IMG/VR virus record: IMGVR_UViG_3300035703_000043
Coordinates: 1-64,000 of that record
Direction: 5' to 3' (one strand)
Length of the DNA: 64,000 bases
Source of the DNA: a virus
Lineage: Duplodnaviria > Caudoviricetes
The translations under genes were made by a program, and so were the position numbers. Below the pieces are notes generated by a model. The model did not search any database and was not told where the DNA came from. It worked only from the letters and a program-made list of their open reading frames with translations. Below are positions 1 through 7,569 of the stretch, piece after piece. Positions within the stretch are counted from its first letter, which is position 1. Each line of letters begins with the position of its first letter.

Positions 1-2
1 CA

Positions 3-338
3 TTTGATAATTCTTCTTCCCAAGATGTTTGGATATTTACTTCACCAATTAAAACAACTGATGAGATGGAATTTACTTTAGGTAAACCTGGATGTGATAA
101 TAAAATTGCTAAATTGATGGCAGAACAGGGATACATTTTAAAAAATCCAGGAAAACAAATAGTATGTGCTCATTATCATATTTCTGGACATAGAAATTAT
201 AATAATAATGATAGAATTCCTGGTCCATATACTTGCTTAGTGCCAAATGATGATATCAACACAGAGACACAACTTATTGAAATTGATGGTTTTGATGAAC
301 AAGGACGAGCATACATTATACAGAAGGAGAGATCATAA
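3..338 (+). CDS. 3' part of a glycosyltransferase-like/hypothetical protein (begins upstream of window)
   Basis: Frame open from the window edge (FDNSSSQDVWIF...LGKPGCDNKIA...NP...HYH); stop overlaps ugd start (TAATG). Confidence 0.5.
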   Translation, partial: FDNSSSQDVWIFTSPIKTTDEMEFTLGKPGCDNKIAKLMAEQGYILKNPGKQIVCAHYHISGHRNYNNNDRIPGPYTCLVPNDDINTETQLIEIDGFDEQGRAYIIQKERS

Positions 339-1138
339 TGAAAGTTGGAATAATCGGAAATGGATTTGTTGGTAATGCCATATACCAAAATCTAAAAAAT
401 AAGATTCAAAATTTATTTGTTTTTGATGTTGATGAAAAAAGATCTTTAAATTCTTATGACGAAACTATAAATTCAGATATTGTTTTTGTTTGTCTTCCAA
501 CTCCCATGAAAAATAAAATGGGTGGAGGATGCAATTTATCTTATATTGAATCATTTTTTGATACTCTTCCTAAAAATCTATCTGGAATTTTTGTTATAAA
601 ATCTACTGTTCCTATTGGAACTACCAAAGCATTAATTGAAAAAAGATTAGATTTAAAAATAATTCATAATCCAGAATTCTTAACTGCCAGAAATTCTGTA
701 GAAGATTTTAATAATGCTGATAGAAATATTATTGGTGGAGAAAAAGAATCATCTCGAAAATTAGAAAATTTTTATTTAAACTATTTTCCTCATATCAAAA
801 CTATTTTAGTTTCTTCTGAAGAATCTGAATCAATAAAATACTTTTCTAACACATATCTTTCAATGAAAGTTACTTATTTTAATTTAATGTTTGATTTGTG
901 TGAGAAACTTGGAATTGATTTTGAGAAAGTTAGAAGTGGTGTTTGTTTGGATAAAAGGATTGGTGAATCTCATAGTTTGGTTCCAGGCATTGATGGAGAC
1001 AGGGGATTTGGTGGAACTTGTTTTCCGAAAGATTTGAATGCTCTTAATGAAACTTTTAATGATAACGATTTGAATAGTTCTATATTTTCTGAGATTTGGA
1101 ATTATAACATCAAGATTAGAAAAAATATTGATTGGTAA
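338..1138 (+). CDS. ugd: UDP-glucose/GDP-mannose 6-dehydrogenase family protein (short form lacking C-terminal domain)
   Basis: Rossmann GIIGNGFVG, VCLPTP, IKSTVP, NPEFL, catalytic GFGGTCFPKD. Confidence 0.9.
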   Translation: MKVGIIGNGFVGNAIYQNLKNKIQNLFVFDVDEKRSLNSYDETINSDIVFVCLPTPMKNKMGGGCNLSYIESFFDTLPKNLSGIFVIKSTVPIGTTKALIEKRLDLKIIHNPEFLTARNSVEDFNNADRNIIGGEKESSRKLENFYLNYFPHIKTILVSSEESESIKYFSNTYLSMKVTYFNLMFDLCEKLGIDFEKVRSGVCLDKRIGESHSLVPGIDGDRGFGGTCFPKDLNALNETFNDNDLNSSIFSEIWNYNIKIRKNIDW

Positions 1139-1191
1139 ATTTGATTCAGTAAACCCTAACGCAATTAGGTATAAATTACTACTAAAGGGGC

Positions 1192-1220
1192 TTGACCCCT
1201 CTTTATTTTTGCTATATACT
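1192..1220 (+). promoter_or_regulatory. sigma70-type promoter of hli cluster
   Basis: TTGACC-17 nt-TATACT; the -35 lies in an AAAGGGG/CCCCTCTTT inverted repeat. Confidence 0.75.
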
Positions 1221-1238
1221 TTTGTAATGTTTCTTAAC
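1221..1238 (-). promoter_or_regulatory. HLR1-like (RpaB) direct repeat
   Basis: Minus strand GTTAAGAA-AC-ATTACAAA immediately downstream of the -10. Confidence 0.6.
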
Positions 1239-1247
1239 AAAACTTAT

Positions 1248-1457
1248 ATGACTGTAACCAAAAATGAATTTGGGCAAATGAATATGTGGGCAAAAGAACC
1301 TTCTATGTATATGACTAAGGAAGATCTTGAGCGTTATGGTATTGAACCTTATGCCGAAAAGGCGGAGAAAATGAATGGACGCTGGGCAATGGTCGGTTTT
1401 ATTGCTGCTATCATTTCTTATGTTGGCACTGGTAAACTCTTCTTCGGTATCTTCTGA
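1248..1457 (+). CDS. hli: High-light inducible protein
   Basis: AEKMNGRWAMVGF chlorophyll-binding motif; ATG at 1248 preferred over the ORF-track start. Confidence 0.92.
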   Translation: MTVTKNEFGQMNMWAKEPSMYMTKEDLERYGIEPYAEKAEKMNGRWAMVGFIAAIISYVGTGKLFFGIF

Positions 1458-1543
1458 TGACTGAATTAATTTTCACCATTACCTCAGTTGCATTTTTTGT
1501 GACTTTGGGTTATGCTGTAGAGAAACTTGCCGAAACTTATTGA
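1457..1543 (+). CDS. 28-aa single-TM microprotein (MTELIFTITSVAFFVTLGYAVEKLAETY)
   Basis: TGATG overlaps at both ends; hydrophobic. Confidence 0.6.
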   Translation: MTELIFTITSVAFFVTLGYAVEKLAETY

Positions 1544-1707
1544 TGAGTGCTAATATGCTTGGGCAACTGTCTGTTGCTCTTCAAGAACTGGTTGAATCTG
1601 GTGCCTGGGATAATAATGACGAACTTAAAGTCTGTATAGCAGGTACTTTACCAAAAGACAAATTTATCGTTATTCAAAACACTACTAAACGAGGAGAAAA
1701 AAAATGA
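1543..1707 (+). CDS. 54-aa hypothetical protein
   Basis: Overlapping start/stop with both neighbours; carries the GAGGAG RBS of the next hli. Confidence 0.6.
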   Translation: MSANMLGQLSVALQELVESGAWDNNDELKVCIAGTLPKDKFIVIQNTTKRGEKK

Positions 1708-1823
1708 AATTCGGATGGACTGAAGAAAACGAAAGACTGAATGGAAGACTGGCGATGCTGGGATTTGTTATTGCCGTAGGAACTTATCTCACTACCGGAC
1801 AGATTATTCCTGGAATTTTTTGA
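1704..1823 (+). CDS. hli: High-light inducible protein (39 aa)
   Basis: MKFGWTEENERLNGRLAMLGFVIAVGTYLTTGQIIPGIF: ExxNGRLAMxG and TGQIIPGIF motifs; missed by the ORF track. Confidence 0.95.
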   Translation: MKFGWTEENERLNGRLAMLGFVIAVGTYLTTGQIIPGIF

Positions 1824-1841
1824 TAATACTTAATATATGTT

Positions 1842-1873
1842 ACTCTGCCTCTAAATAAGGGGCAGAGTTTTTT
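1842..1873 (+). terminator. Intrinsic terminator with late-promoter TAAATA in its loop
   Basis: ACTCTGCCTCT-AAATA-AGGGGCAGAGT-TTTTT. Confidence 0.75.
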
Positions 1874-1879
1874 AGTATT

Positions 1880-2044
1880 ATGCCACGAGGACAACTGACT
1901 AAAGATATTATCAAGTGTGAAGTTCTTAAAATAAAATCAAACCTGGATAAAGAGTGGATGGATAAATCTGGGTATGACCCAAAATGGTTAGCACATCAAT
2001 ACCTAAATAAAGTTCTTGATAAAATAGAAGAGTATGGACATTGA
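1880..2044 (+). CDS. 54-aa hypothetical cyanophage protein
   Basis: MPRGQLTKDIIKCEVLKIK...LAHQYLNKVLDKIEEYGH; clean ORF filling the gap. Confidence 0.65.
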   Translation: MPRGQLTKDIIKCEVLKIKSNLDKEWMDKSGYDPKWLAHQYLNKVLDKIEEYGH

Positions 2045-2081
2045 AATGGATAAATATCTTCAGTGTCTGTAAATATAAAAA

Positions 2082-2753
2082 ATGACATTAGATCTTCATA
2101 ACTTTTTTAAGTATTATGATGATGGAAATTCGAATCATGTGGCAGCAGTGCAATGGTTAGAGGATAACCTTCCTGCTGAATTCATGGATGACTCGGAAAC
2201 GGAATGGATCGGAATTTTTAGAACTAAACCACCTACACCAGCAGTTCTTGATGTTCCGTATTTCAATCAAGTAGATAATTATAGGGATGCACATAGAACT
2301 TGTAACAGTTCATCATGTGCGATGTGTCTTGCTTTCCTCAAACCAGGAAGCATCAAAGGTGATGATGAATATGTTAAGAAAGTATTTGCGATTGGTGATA
2401 CCACAGACCATGCGGTTCAGACAAAGGTTCTCGCAGGTTATGGTATTAAGTCTCACTTCAGTTATAATCTTTCTTTTGCTGACATTGATAAGAGCCTTGA
2501 TAGAGGTAAACCCGTTGTTATTGGTATTCTCCACCGTGGTTCTTTATCTTCTCCTACTGGTGGTCACATGTGTGTAGTCATCGGTAAGACCCCAGATGGC
2601 AAAGGATATTATATCAACGATCCATATGGTTCTCTAAACGATAACTATACTGGTCCAGTTACGAATGGTAAGAAGACCATTTACACAAAAGCAGTTCTCA
2701 AGCACCGTTGGTGTCCAGGAGGAAATGATGGGTGGGGAAGAATCTTCGACTAA
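2082..2753 (+). CDS. C39-like cysteine peptidase with N-terminal accessory domain (putative endolysin)
   Basis: VPYFNQ...CNSSSCAM, GKPVVIG, GGHMCVVIG, INDPYG; late promoter ATAAATA at 2050-2056. Confidence 0.8.
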   Translation: MTLDLHNFFKYYDDGNSNHVAAVQWLEDNLPAEFMDDSETEWIGIFRTKPPTPAVLDVPYFNQVDNYRDAHRTCNSSSCAMCLAFLKPGSIKGDDEYVKKVFAIGDTTDHAVQTKVLAGYGIKSHFSYNLSFADIDKSLDRGKPVVIGILHRGSLSSPTGGHMCVVIGKTPDGKGYYINDPYGSLNDNYTGPVTNGKKTIYTKAVLKHRWCPGGNDGWGRIFD

Positions 2754-2760
2754 TTTCAAA

Positions 2761-2865
2761 ATGAAAATTCTTAAGATTATAAAGTATCTTACAAATCACG
2801 GGAAACATAGAGAAGCAAACGACCTTTATACAAAGTATTTTGGAGGACCAAATGGCAAGAATTGA
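2761..2865 (+). CDS. 34-aa basic peptide between the two hydrolases
   Basis: MKILKIIKYLTNHGKHREANDLYTKYFGGPNGKN; fills the gap and overlaps the lysozyme RBS. Confidence 0.4.
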   Translation: MKILKIIKYLTNHGKHREANDLYTKYFGGPNGKN

Positions 2866-3523
2866 TCTACACAACTTCTTCAAGTTTTATGACGAGAAGA
2901 ATCCTAATCACGTTAAAGCAGTTCAGTGGTTAGAAGATAATTTACCAGTCAAGTATCTGGAAGATAATGTTGATTGGGCAGAGATTTATCGGGGAAAAAA
3001 GGGTAATGCGGCACCAGCATCAGGACCATCTGTTGCCGCTCCCGTAGCAGGTGGTGACGATATGCCTATGATGGGCCTTAAATTGATCAAGGAGTTTGAA
3101 GGATGTCATCTAAAGGCATATCCAGATCCTCTCACAGGTGGTCTGCCAATCACAATTGGTTGGGGATCTACTCGCAAGAAAGATGGATCACCTTTCCATA
3201 TGGGTGATACCATTACTCAAGCAGAAGCGGATGAATTACTGATTAGTCAATGTAAGAATCAGTTTCTTCCTTCACTTCGTAAGATCCCACACTGGAATGA
3301 AATGTCAGATGGAAAAAGAGGCGCTCTGCTCAGCTTTGCTTATAACCTTGGTGCCGGTTTTTACGGTGGTGATAACTTTAATACTATTACTAAACGCTTG
3401 AAGAATAAAGAATGGGACTTAGTTCCAGATGCTTTATATCTCTACAGAAACCCTGGTTCAAATGTAGAAGCAGGACTTGCTCGTAGAAGAAAAGCAGAAG
3501 GTGAAGCTTGGAAAAAAAGTTAA
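2852..3523 (+). CDS. GH24 phage lysozyme (endolysin) with N-terminal accessory domain
   Basis: LIKEFEG..LKAYPD...TIGWGST, ALLSFAYNLG, GLARRRKAE; RBS GGAGGA before ATG 2852. Confidence 0.92.
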   Translation: MARIDLHNFFKFYDEKNPNHVKAVQWLEDNLPVKYLEDNVDWAEIYRGKKGNAAPASGPSVAAPVAGGDDMPMMGLKLIKEFEGCHLKAYPDPLTGGLPITIGWGSTRKKDGSPFHMGDTITQAEADELLISQCKNQFLPSLRKIPHWNEMSDGKRGALLSFAYNLGAGFYGGDNFNTITKRLKNKEWDLVPDALYLYRNPGSNVEAGLARRRKAEGEAWKKS

Positions 3524-3541
3524 CCTATCACACTAACTAAA

Positions 3542-3895
3542 ATGGATAAGAAAAAGGAAAATGCTATGGGACAACTTATTCGTGTTGTAATTTTGAGTTG
3601 GAGTGCTGCTCTACTAACTGCCAGCTATGCTGGATTGCTTGCTAAAATGGATCCAACTTTTATTGCAACAGTATTTACTGCATCTGCTGCTACTTTTGGT
3701 ATTAATACTATGAAGAAAGGAGGAGATGATGAAGATGAAAAAAAAGAAGAATCTAAAAGAGAAGATTTTGTAGTTACTCCGCCAGTACCTCCAGAAATTG
3801 AAATATCACCAGAAACTCTTGAATCAAGAGTTGAAGCATTGGAAAGTAAGGTAGAAGAGGGTGAAGGATTTGTTCAACCACGCACAGGAGTATAA
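3542..3895 (+). CDS. Two-TM membrane protein with acidic tail (holin candidate)
   Basis: Two hydrophobic segments, charged C-terminus, directly after the lysozyme. Confidence 0.5.
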   Translation: MDKKKENAMGQLIRVVILSWSAALLTASYAGLLAKMDPTFIATVFTASAATFGINTMKKGGDDEDEKKEESKREDFVVTPPVPPEIEISPETLESRVEALESKVEEGEGFVQPRTGV

Positions 3896-4008
3896 TGGCA
3901 AAGTCTGCCAATAAGGGTAAGAAAGGTTCTGCTGGTGGAAAACAACCCAAGCAGAACCAAGGTAATGCGACTGCCAAAAAGGCAAAGAATGGTGGCAAGA
4001 AAAAATGA
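3895..4008 (+). CDS. 37-aa Lys/Gly-rich basic peptide
   Basis: MAKSANKGKKGSAGGKQPKQNQGNATAKKAKNGGKKK; RBS AGGAG, TAATG/ATGA overlaps. Confidence 0.65.
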   Translation: MAKSANKGKKGSAGGKQPKQNQGNATAKKAKNGGKKK

Positions 4009-4193
4009 TTGAACTATTATTAGTTCTTTTTATTGGAAATTTAATTACTAACATAACAATTGATAATATTGAATGCAACTCAAATTATGTTGGAGATCAA
4101 AATGATGGCGACACAGGAATAATCTACATTTGTAAATATGCCAAGAGAATGGAACACTCCAAAGAGGGAGTGTTGGAACTCCCCAATCCATAA
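4005..4193 (+). CDS. Small hypothetical protein with hydrophobic N-terminus
   Basis: ATGA overlap with the previous ORF; overlaps the next ORF by 56 nt. Confidence 0.4.
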   Translation: MIELLLVLFIGNLITNITIDNIECNSNYVGDQNDGDTGIIYICKYAKRMEHSKEGVLELPNP

Positions 4194-4332
4194 TATACTT
4201 AAAGCCATAGATAATCACACCCGTCTTTATATGGAGACGGGTGATTTTTGGCATGAAGAACAATCTCAGATCTTGAGAAAGTATGTGAAAGATTTAAAAG
4301 TTTGGATTCATAAACAAGAGGGAAAGGAATGA
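4138..4332 (+). CDS. Hypothetical cyanophage protein
   Basis: 64-aa ORF, ATGA-coupled to the next ORF. Confidence 0.65.
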   Translation: MPREWNTPKRECWNSPIHNILKAIDNHTRLYMETGDFWHEEQSQILRKYVKDLKVWIHKQEGKE

Positions 4333-4442
4333 ATGAATTTCCTTGGGGTGTATTGATTATTCTTGGATGTGGTCTTTCTTTTACTCTTTATGTAATTTAC
4401 TACATATTAAGAATAGCATATTTGGAAATGAAAGATGAGTAA
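4329..4442 (+). CDS. 37-aa single-TM protein (MNEFPWGVLIILGCGLSFTLYVIYYILRIAYLEMKDE)
   Basis: ATGA overlap, hydrophobic helix. Confidence 0.6.
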   Translation: MNEFPWGVLIILGCGLSFTLYVIYYILRIAYLEMKDE

Positions 4443-4560
4443 AAAATGTAATCCAACATTTGGCAACGGAGATAAAAGAAAAGCAACTGGTCAGTGTCGT
4501 ACAAATAAACAAAAAACGGCATCAAATGCAAGAAAAAATTCAGGAGGAAAGAAAAAATGA
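4435..4560 (+). CDS. 41-aa basic peptide ending GGKKK
   Basis: MSKKCNPTFGNGDKRKATGQCRTNKQKTASNARKNSGGKKK; overlaps both neighbours. Confidence 0.55.
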   Translation: MSKKCNPTFGNGDKRKATGQCRTNKQKTASNARKNSGGKKK

Positions 4561-4769
4561 AATACTTAGCAATTATTTTATCGACAACAAGTTTGATTAT
4601 TAGTGGAGCACTTGCTTATGGTGCTTACGTAACTTATAAGAAAGCAGAAGCAATTCTAAACAATCCAGAAGAGTTTGTTGGGAAAGTCGTTGAAAATCAA
4701 GTCAATAAAGCATTTGAAAAATTACCTATCCCTAAACTAAATACTGAGAAGTTTAAATTACCATTCTAA
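4557..4769 (+). CDS. Small membrane-anchored protein
   Basis: N-terminal TM helix; RBS GGAGGA. Confidence 0.7.
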   Translation: MKYLAIILSTTSLIISGALAYGAYVTYKKAEAILNNPEEFVGKVVENQVNKAFEKLPIPKLNTEKFKLPF

Positions 4770-5173
4770 TGGATAAAGACCCATATATCTACAGAGTAAA
4801 ACAAGTATTAAGAGTAGTTGATGGTGACACAATCGATGCGGACATTGATCTTGGGTTCGATATTTCTCTTACTAAGCGAGTACGCCTTAGTGGTGTTGAT
4901 ACTCCAGAAAGTCGTACAACCGATCTCAAAGAAAAAGCACTCGGATTAGAAGTCAAAGAATGGTTGAAAAAAAATCTTGATGGTAAAAAAAATATTCTCA
5001 TTAAAACGGAACTTCCAGACTCAACTGAAAAGTATGGGAGAATTCTTGGAAGGTTATATGTTGATGATCTATGTCTTAATGATCGTATGATCTCTGAAGG
5101 ATATGCTTGGACTTACGATGGTGGAACAAAGAAGAAAGACTTTGATGAACTGGAGTCTAAGCGTAAGAAGTAA
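4769..5173 (+). CDS. Thermonuclease (staphylococcal nuclease family)
   Basis: RVVDGDTID, RVRLSGVDTPE, EKYGRILG, GYA. Confidence 0.9.
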   Translation: MDKDPYIYRVKQVLRVVDGDTIDADIDLGFDISLTKRVRLSGVDTPESRTTDLKEKALGLEVKEWLKKNLDGKKNILIKTELPDSTEKYGRILGRLYVDDLCLNDRMISEGYAWTYDGGTKKKDFDELESKRKK

Positions 5174-5839
5174 TTACTTATCGTGTGCTTTTTTATATTG
5201 GTTTACCTTTTCTTTCTTCCATTCTTTTTTAAGTAATTTGAGATTCTTTTTATCCAATTCTGCCGTAAAATAAAGTTGTAATTCATAGGGGGTAAGATCT
5301 CTATTCAAGAGTTTCTTGCCTCTTATGAATATTTGTTGAACGATAGGTTTCATTTTACCTACCATCCACTCCACCAAAGATTTGCCAACAATAGCCGCAG
5401 CAACAGAAGCAGTAGCAGTGGTGCCAGCAAGAATAACCTGTTCTTTTGGAGGAATTGGAACTTCTCCGATGATTGGTACTTCAATGACGGGCACTCCTAA
5501 ATTCGTATTTGTAGTGGATTGATCGGCAATAACCTGATTATTCTGAGGGGTTTGAATAACTGGGGGCAGTTGGGGGGTAGGGGTAGTATCTGGAAGTCCT
5601 CTGGATTTTTCTTCTTTTTCTTCTTCTTTCTTTTTTTGTTCTGCTCTTACGGCAGCATCAAATTCTTCTTGAGTTGGAACATCAATCACTGGATATTTGA
5701 TTGTTGTATCTGGCATATTGATAATTGGCATATCAACTTCAGGTATTACAGAACGTTCCGTTCTACGAGTAACAGGAGGTTCTATTGTTGGAATAAGAGG
5801 GGGAAGATCACTTCTTATTTGAATTGGTTTGATTTCCAT
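5174..5839 (-). CDS. Pro-rich protein with C-proximal hydrophobic segment and basic tail
   Basis: 221-aa ORF, last of a four-gene overlapping minus-strand operon. Confidence 0.7.
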   Translation of the reverse strand: MEIKPIQIRSDLPPLIPTIEPPVTRRTERSVIPEVDMPIINMPDTTIKYPVIDVPTQEEFDAAVRAEQKKKEEEKEEKSRGLPDTTPTPQLPPVIQTPQNNQVIADQSTTNTNLGVPVIEVPIIGEVPIPPKEQVILAGTTATASVAAAIVGKSLVEWMVGKMKPIVQQIFIRGKKLLNRDLTPYELQLYFTAELDKKNLKLLKKEWKKEKVNQYKKAHDK

Positions 5840-6395
5840 TTGCTACATCCTGTACTCGTGGATACTTTACAACGACATCAGCACAGATTTTTGCATAAGG
5901 ACTTTCTGGGTGAAATGAAATTCCATTTTTCATTGCTTCACCACATTTCAATAATCTGACTAATTCAAAATCAAGTCTTGCTTTATCTGCTTCTGCTTGT
6001 TGTCTGGCAATCTCTGTACGAACTCTTGCTTTACAAAGTTCTTGAAATGAACCATCAAGGGGAATGGAGAAACCTGCAGATAAACCAGCATTGATTGAAT
6101 TTTGTTGATATGAAGTTGGATCAGTATTGTTGGATATACTATTGTATCCAAAAGTTTGCAAATTAAGTGTTGGACCCTGACAAGAAACACCAGAACCATA
6201 AGTATTCACAGAAAAAGGACCCTGAAGCACTTGTACTGCCTGGTTAGTTACATTGCCAGTAGCAGATGCTGAGGGTCCTGCAATATTCGTATTAGATGGT
6301 GCTTCCGCAAATACGGGAGATGCTAAACCGATTATTGTGTAAAGACTGATATAGAATTTGTGGTAGAATCTTCGGTAGTTTTGCGATCTATCCAT
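5808..6395 (-). CDS. Exported hypothetical protein
   Basis: Signal-like IIGLASPVFA-E; four Cys; start uncertain. Confidence 0.7.
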   Translation of the reverse strand: MDRSQNYRRFYHKFYISLYTIIGLASPVFAEAPSNTNIAGPSASATGNVTNQAVQVLQGPFSVNTYGSGVSCQGPTLNLQTFGYNSISNNTDPTSYQQNSINAGLSAGFSIPLDGSFQELCKARVRTEIARQQAEADKARLDFELVRLLKCGEAMKNGISFHPESPYAKICADVVVKYPRVQDVANGNQTNSNKK

Positions 6396-6694
6396 GTTTC
6401 TTTCGCAATTCCAGGAGTCAGATGAGTTTCACTAAACTGGAACGGAGCACCTTGATTGATGATGGTGTAGTTCGCTCCTGGCTCTGGACGAGCAGGAATA
6501 TTGATGTTTGTACCAGTGACCGTATAAGATGTCCCAGTGGTATATTCTATTTGCTTGATAACTTCAATCACTTCAGTACGAGTTTTTGTTTCAGAAGTAA
6601 TTGTGCCACTCGTAAAATTGGGAGTGACTGGCGCAGCATAGCAGGGAGATATAAATCCCGCTGCTGCCAGCAGAACGGGAGTTATATGTTTCAC
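6332..6694 (-). CDS. Exported Thr-rich hypothetical protein
   Basis: Signal peptide MKHITPVLLAAAGFISPCYA-A; C-terminal ISVFTQ. Confidence 0.75.
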   Translation of the reverse strand: MKHITPVLLAAAGFISPCYAAPVTPNFTSGTITSETKTRTEVIEVIKQIEYTTGTSYTVTGTNINIPARPEPGANYTIINQGAPFQFSETHLTPGIAKETWIDRKTTEDSTTNSISVFTQ

Positions 6695-7152
6695 TTAAAT
6701 ACACTCAATTCTATGCTACGTTGTGCAGTTGCTGTAGTTCCTGAACCACCTGCAGTGACAGTAGGAACACCAGTTGCTGATAAAGAACCTGCAAGAGTAC
6801 CTTTATCTCCACCTAACTGAGTAGTAGAGTTGCTATAAAGGTTGGGAGAAGCAATTGATCCAGAAGCTGCCGACTGAGAGGTAACATCAACATCTGCAGT
6901 AATTGATGTTTCAGAGAAACTAAATGCTTGTCCGTTTGTATTGATGGCATAAGAACCTGCTCCACCAACTCCTCCAAGAGTTGTTACATTAATATTGGTG
7001 CCTGAAACTGCATATGAGGCACCAACTCTTTCTGATTGTACCGCAGCACCCTGAACATTTAATTGAATTGAGTCAGTGATTTTTGATGTGATTTCACCAG
7101 CAAAAGCAGGAGTAGTGAAGAATAACGAAAAGATAAGTGCTAATCTTTTCAT
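6691..7152 (-). CDS. Exported Ser/Thr/Gly-rich hypothetical protein
   Basis: Signal peptide MKRLALIFSLFFTTPAFA-G; C-terminal LSVFK. Confidence 0.75.
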   Translation of the reverse strand: MKRLALIFSLFFTTPAFAGEITSKITDSIQLNVQGAAVQSERVGASYAVSGTNINVTTLGGVGGAGSYAINTNGQAFSFSETSITADVDVTSQSAASGSIASPNLYSNSTTQLGGDKGTLAGSLSATGVPTVTAGGSGTTATAQRSIELSVFK

Positions 7153-7176
7153 TTTTCTAAAAGTAATGTTTGTAAC

Positions 7177-7227
7177 TATTTATTGATGTTATTTTGTTAT
7201 TTGTCTTTATGTATTATACTATAAATA
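7177..7227. promoter_or_regulatory. Divergent T4-type late promoters
   Basis: AATAAATA on minus strand (7177-7184) and TATAAATA on plus strand (7220-7227). Confidence 0.65.
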
Positions 7228-7247
7228 AATTGAGTTTATTTAATTTT

Positions 7248-7457
7248 ATGACTGAACAACAGGAACATCTTGCGAATCTTGTAAAGCAAGCACAAGACCT
7301 ATCCCTTGAATTGGAAGGACTTCAAACTAAGGCCACAACAAAAAGAGAACTTTTTTTGAAGGTTCAAGGTGCGATTGAGTATCTTACACAAATAGGTGTG
7401 ACTCTTCCACAATCAGAACCACAACCAGAAGAAATTCCACTCCCAGAAGCAGAATAA
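7248..7457 (+). CDS. Small coiled-coil protein (paralog of 56406..56567)
   Basis: MTEQQEHL...KRELFLKVQGAIEYL; ATG 7248 follows the late promoter. Confidence 0.75.
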   Translation: MTEQQEHLANLVKQAQDLSLELEGLQTKATTKRELFLKVQGAIEYLTQIGVTLPQSEPQPEEIPLPEAE

Positions 7458-7463
7458 TTTACG

Positions 7464-7486
7464 GTCCCCGAAAGGGGACTTTTTTT
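7464..7486 (+). terminator. Intrinsic terminator
   Basis: GTCCCC-GAAA-GGGGAC-TTTTTTT. Confidence 0.9.
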
Positions 7487-7490
7487 ATGC

Positions 7491-7543
7491 TTGACACCAG
7501 AAGCAGACCGTAGTATGATAAATAGGTAAACAAATGTTACGAA
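7491..7543 (+). promoter_or_regulatory. psbA promoter: sigma70 plus overlapping late promoter and degenerate HLR1-like repeat
   Basis: TTGACA-17 nt-TATGAT, ATAAATA at 7518, GTAAACAA-AT-GTTACGAA at 7526-7543. Confidence 0.75.
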
Positions 7544-7569
7544 TTCCTCATAATTCTTAACATTGTTAA

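Noticed and set aside
1128-1247. N-terminal extension of hli given by the ORF track
   Set aside because: Spans the promoter and HLR1-like box; ATG 1248 gives a typical Hli
7526-7540. NtcA site upstream of psbA
   Set aside because: Spacing is GTA-N9-TAC, not the canonical GTA-N8-TAC; fits an HLR1-like repeat better
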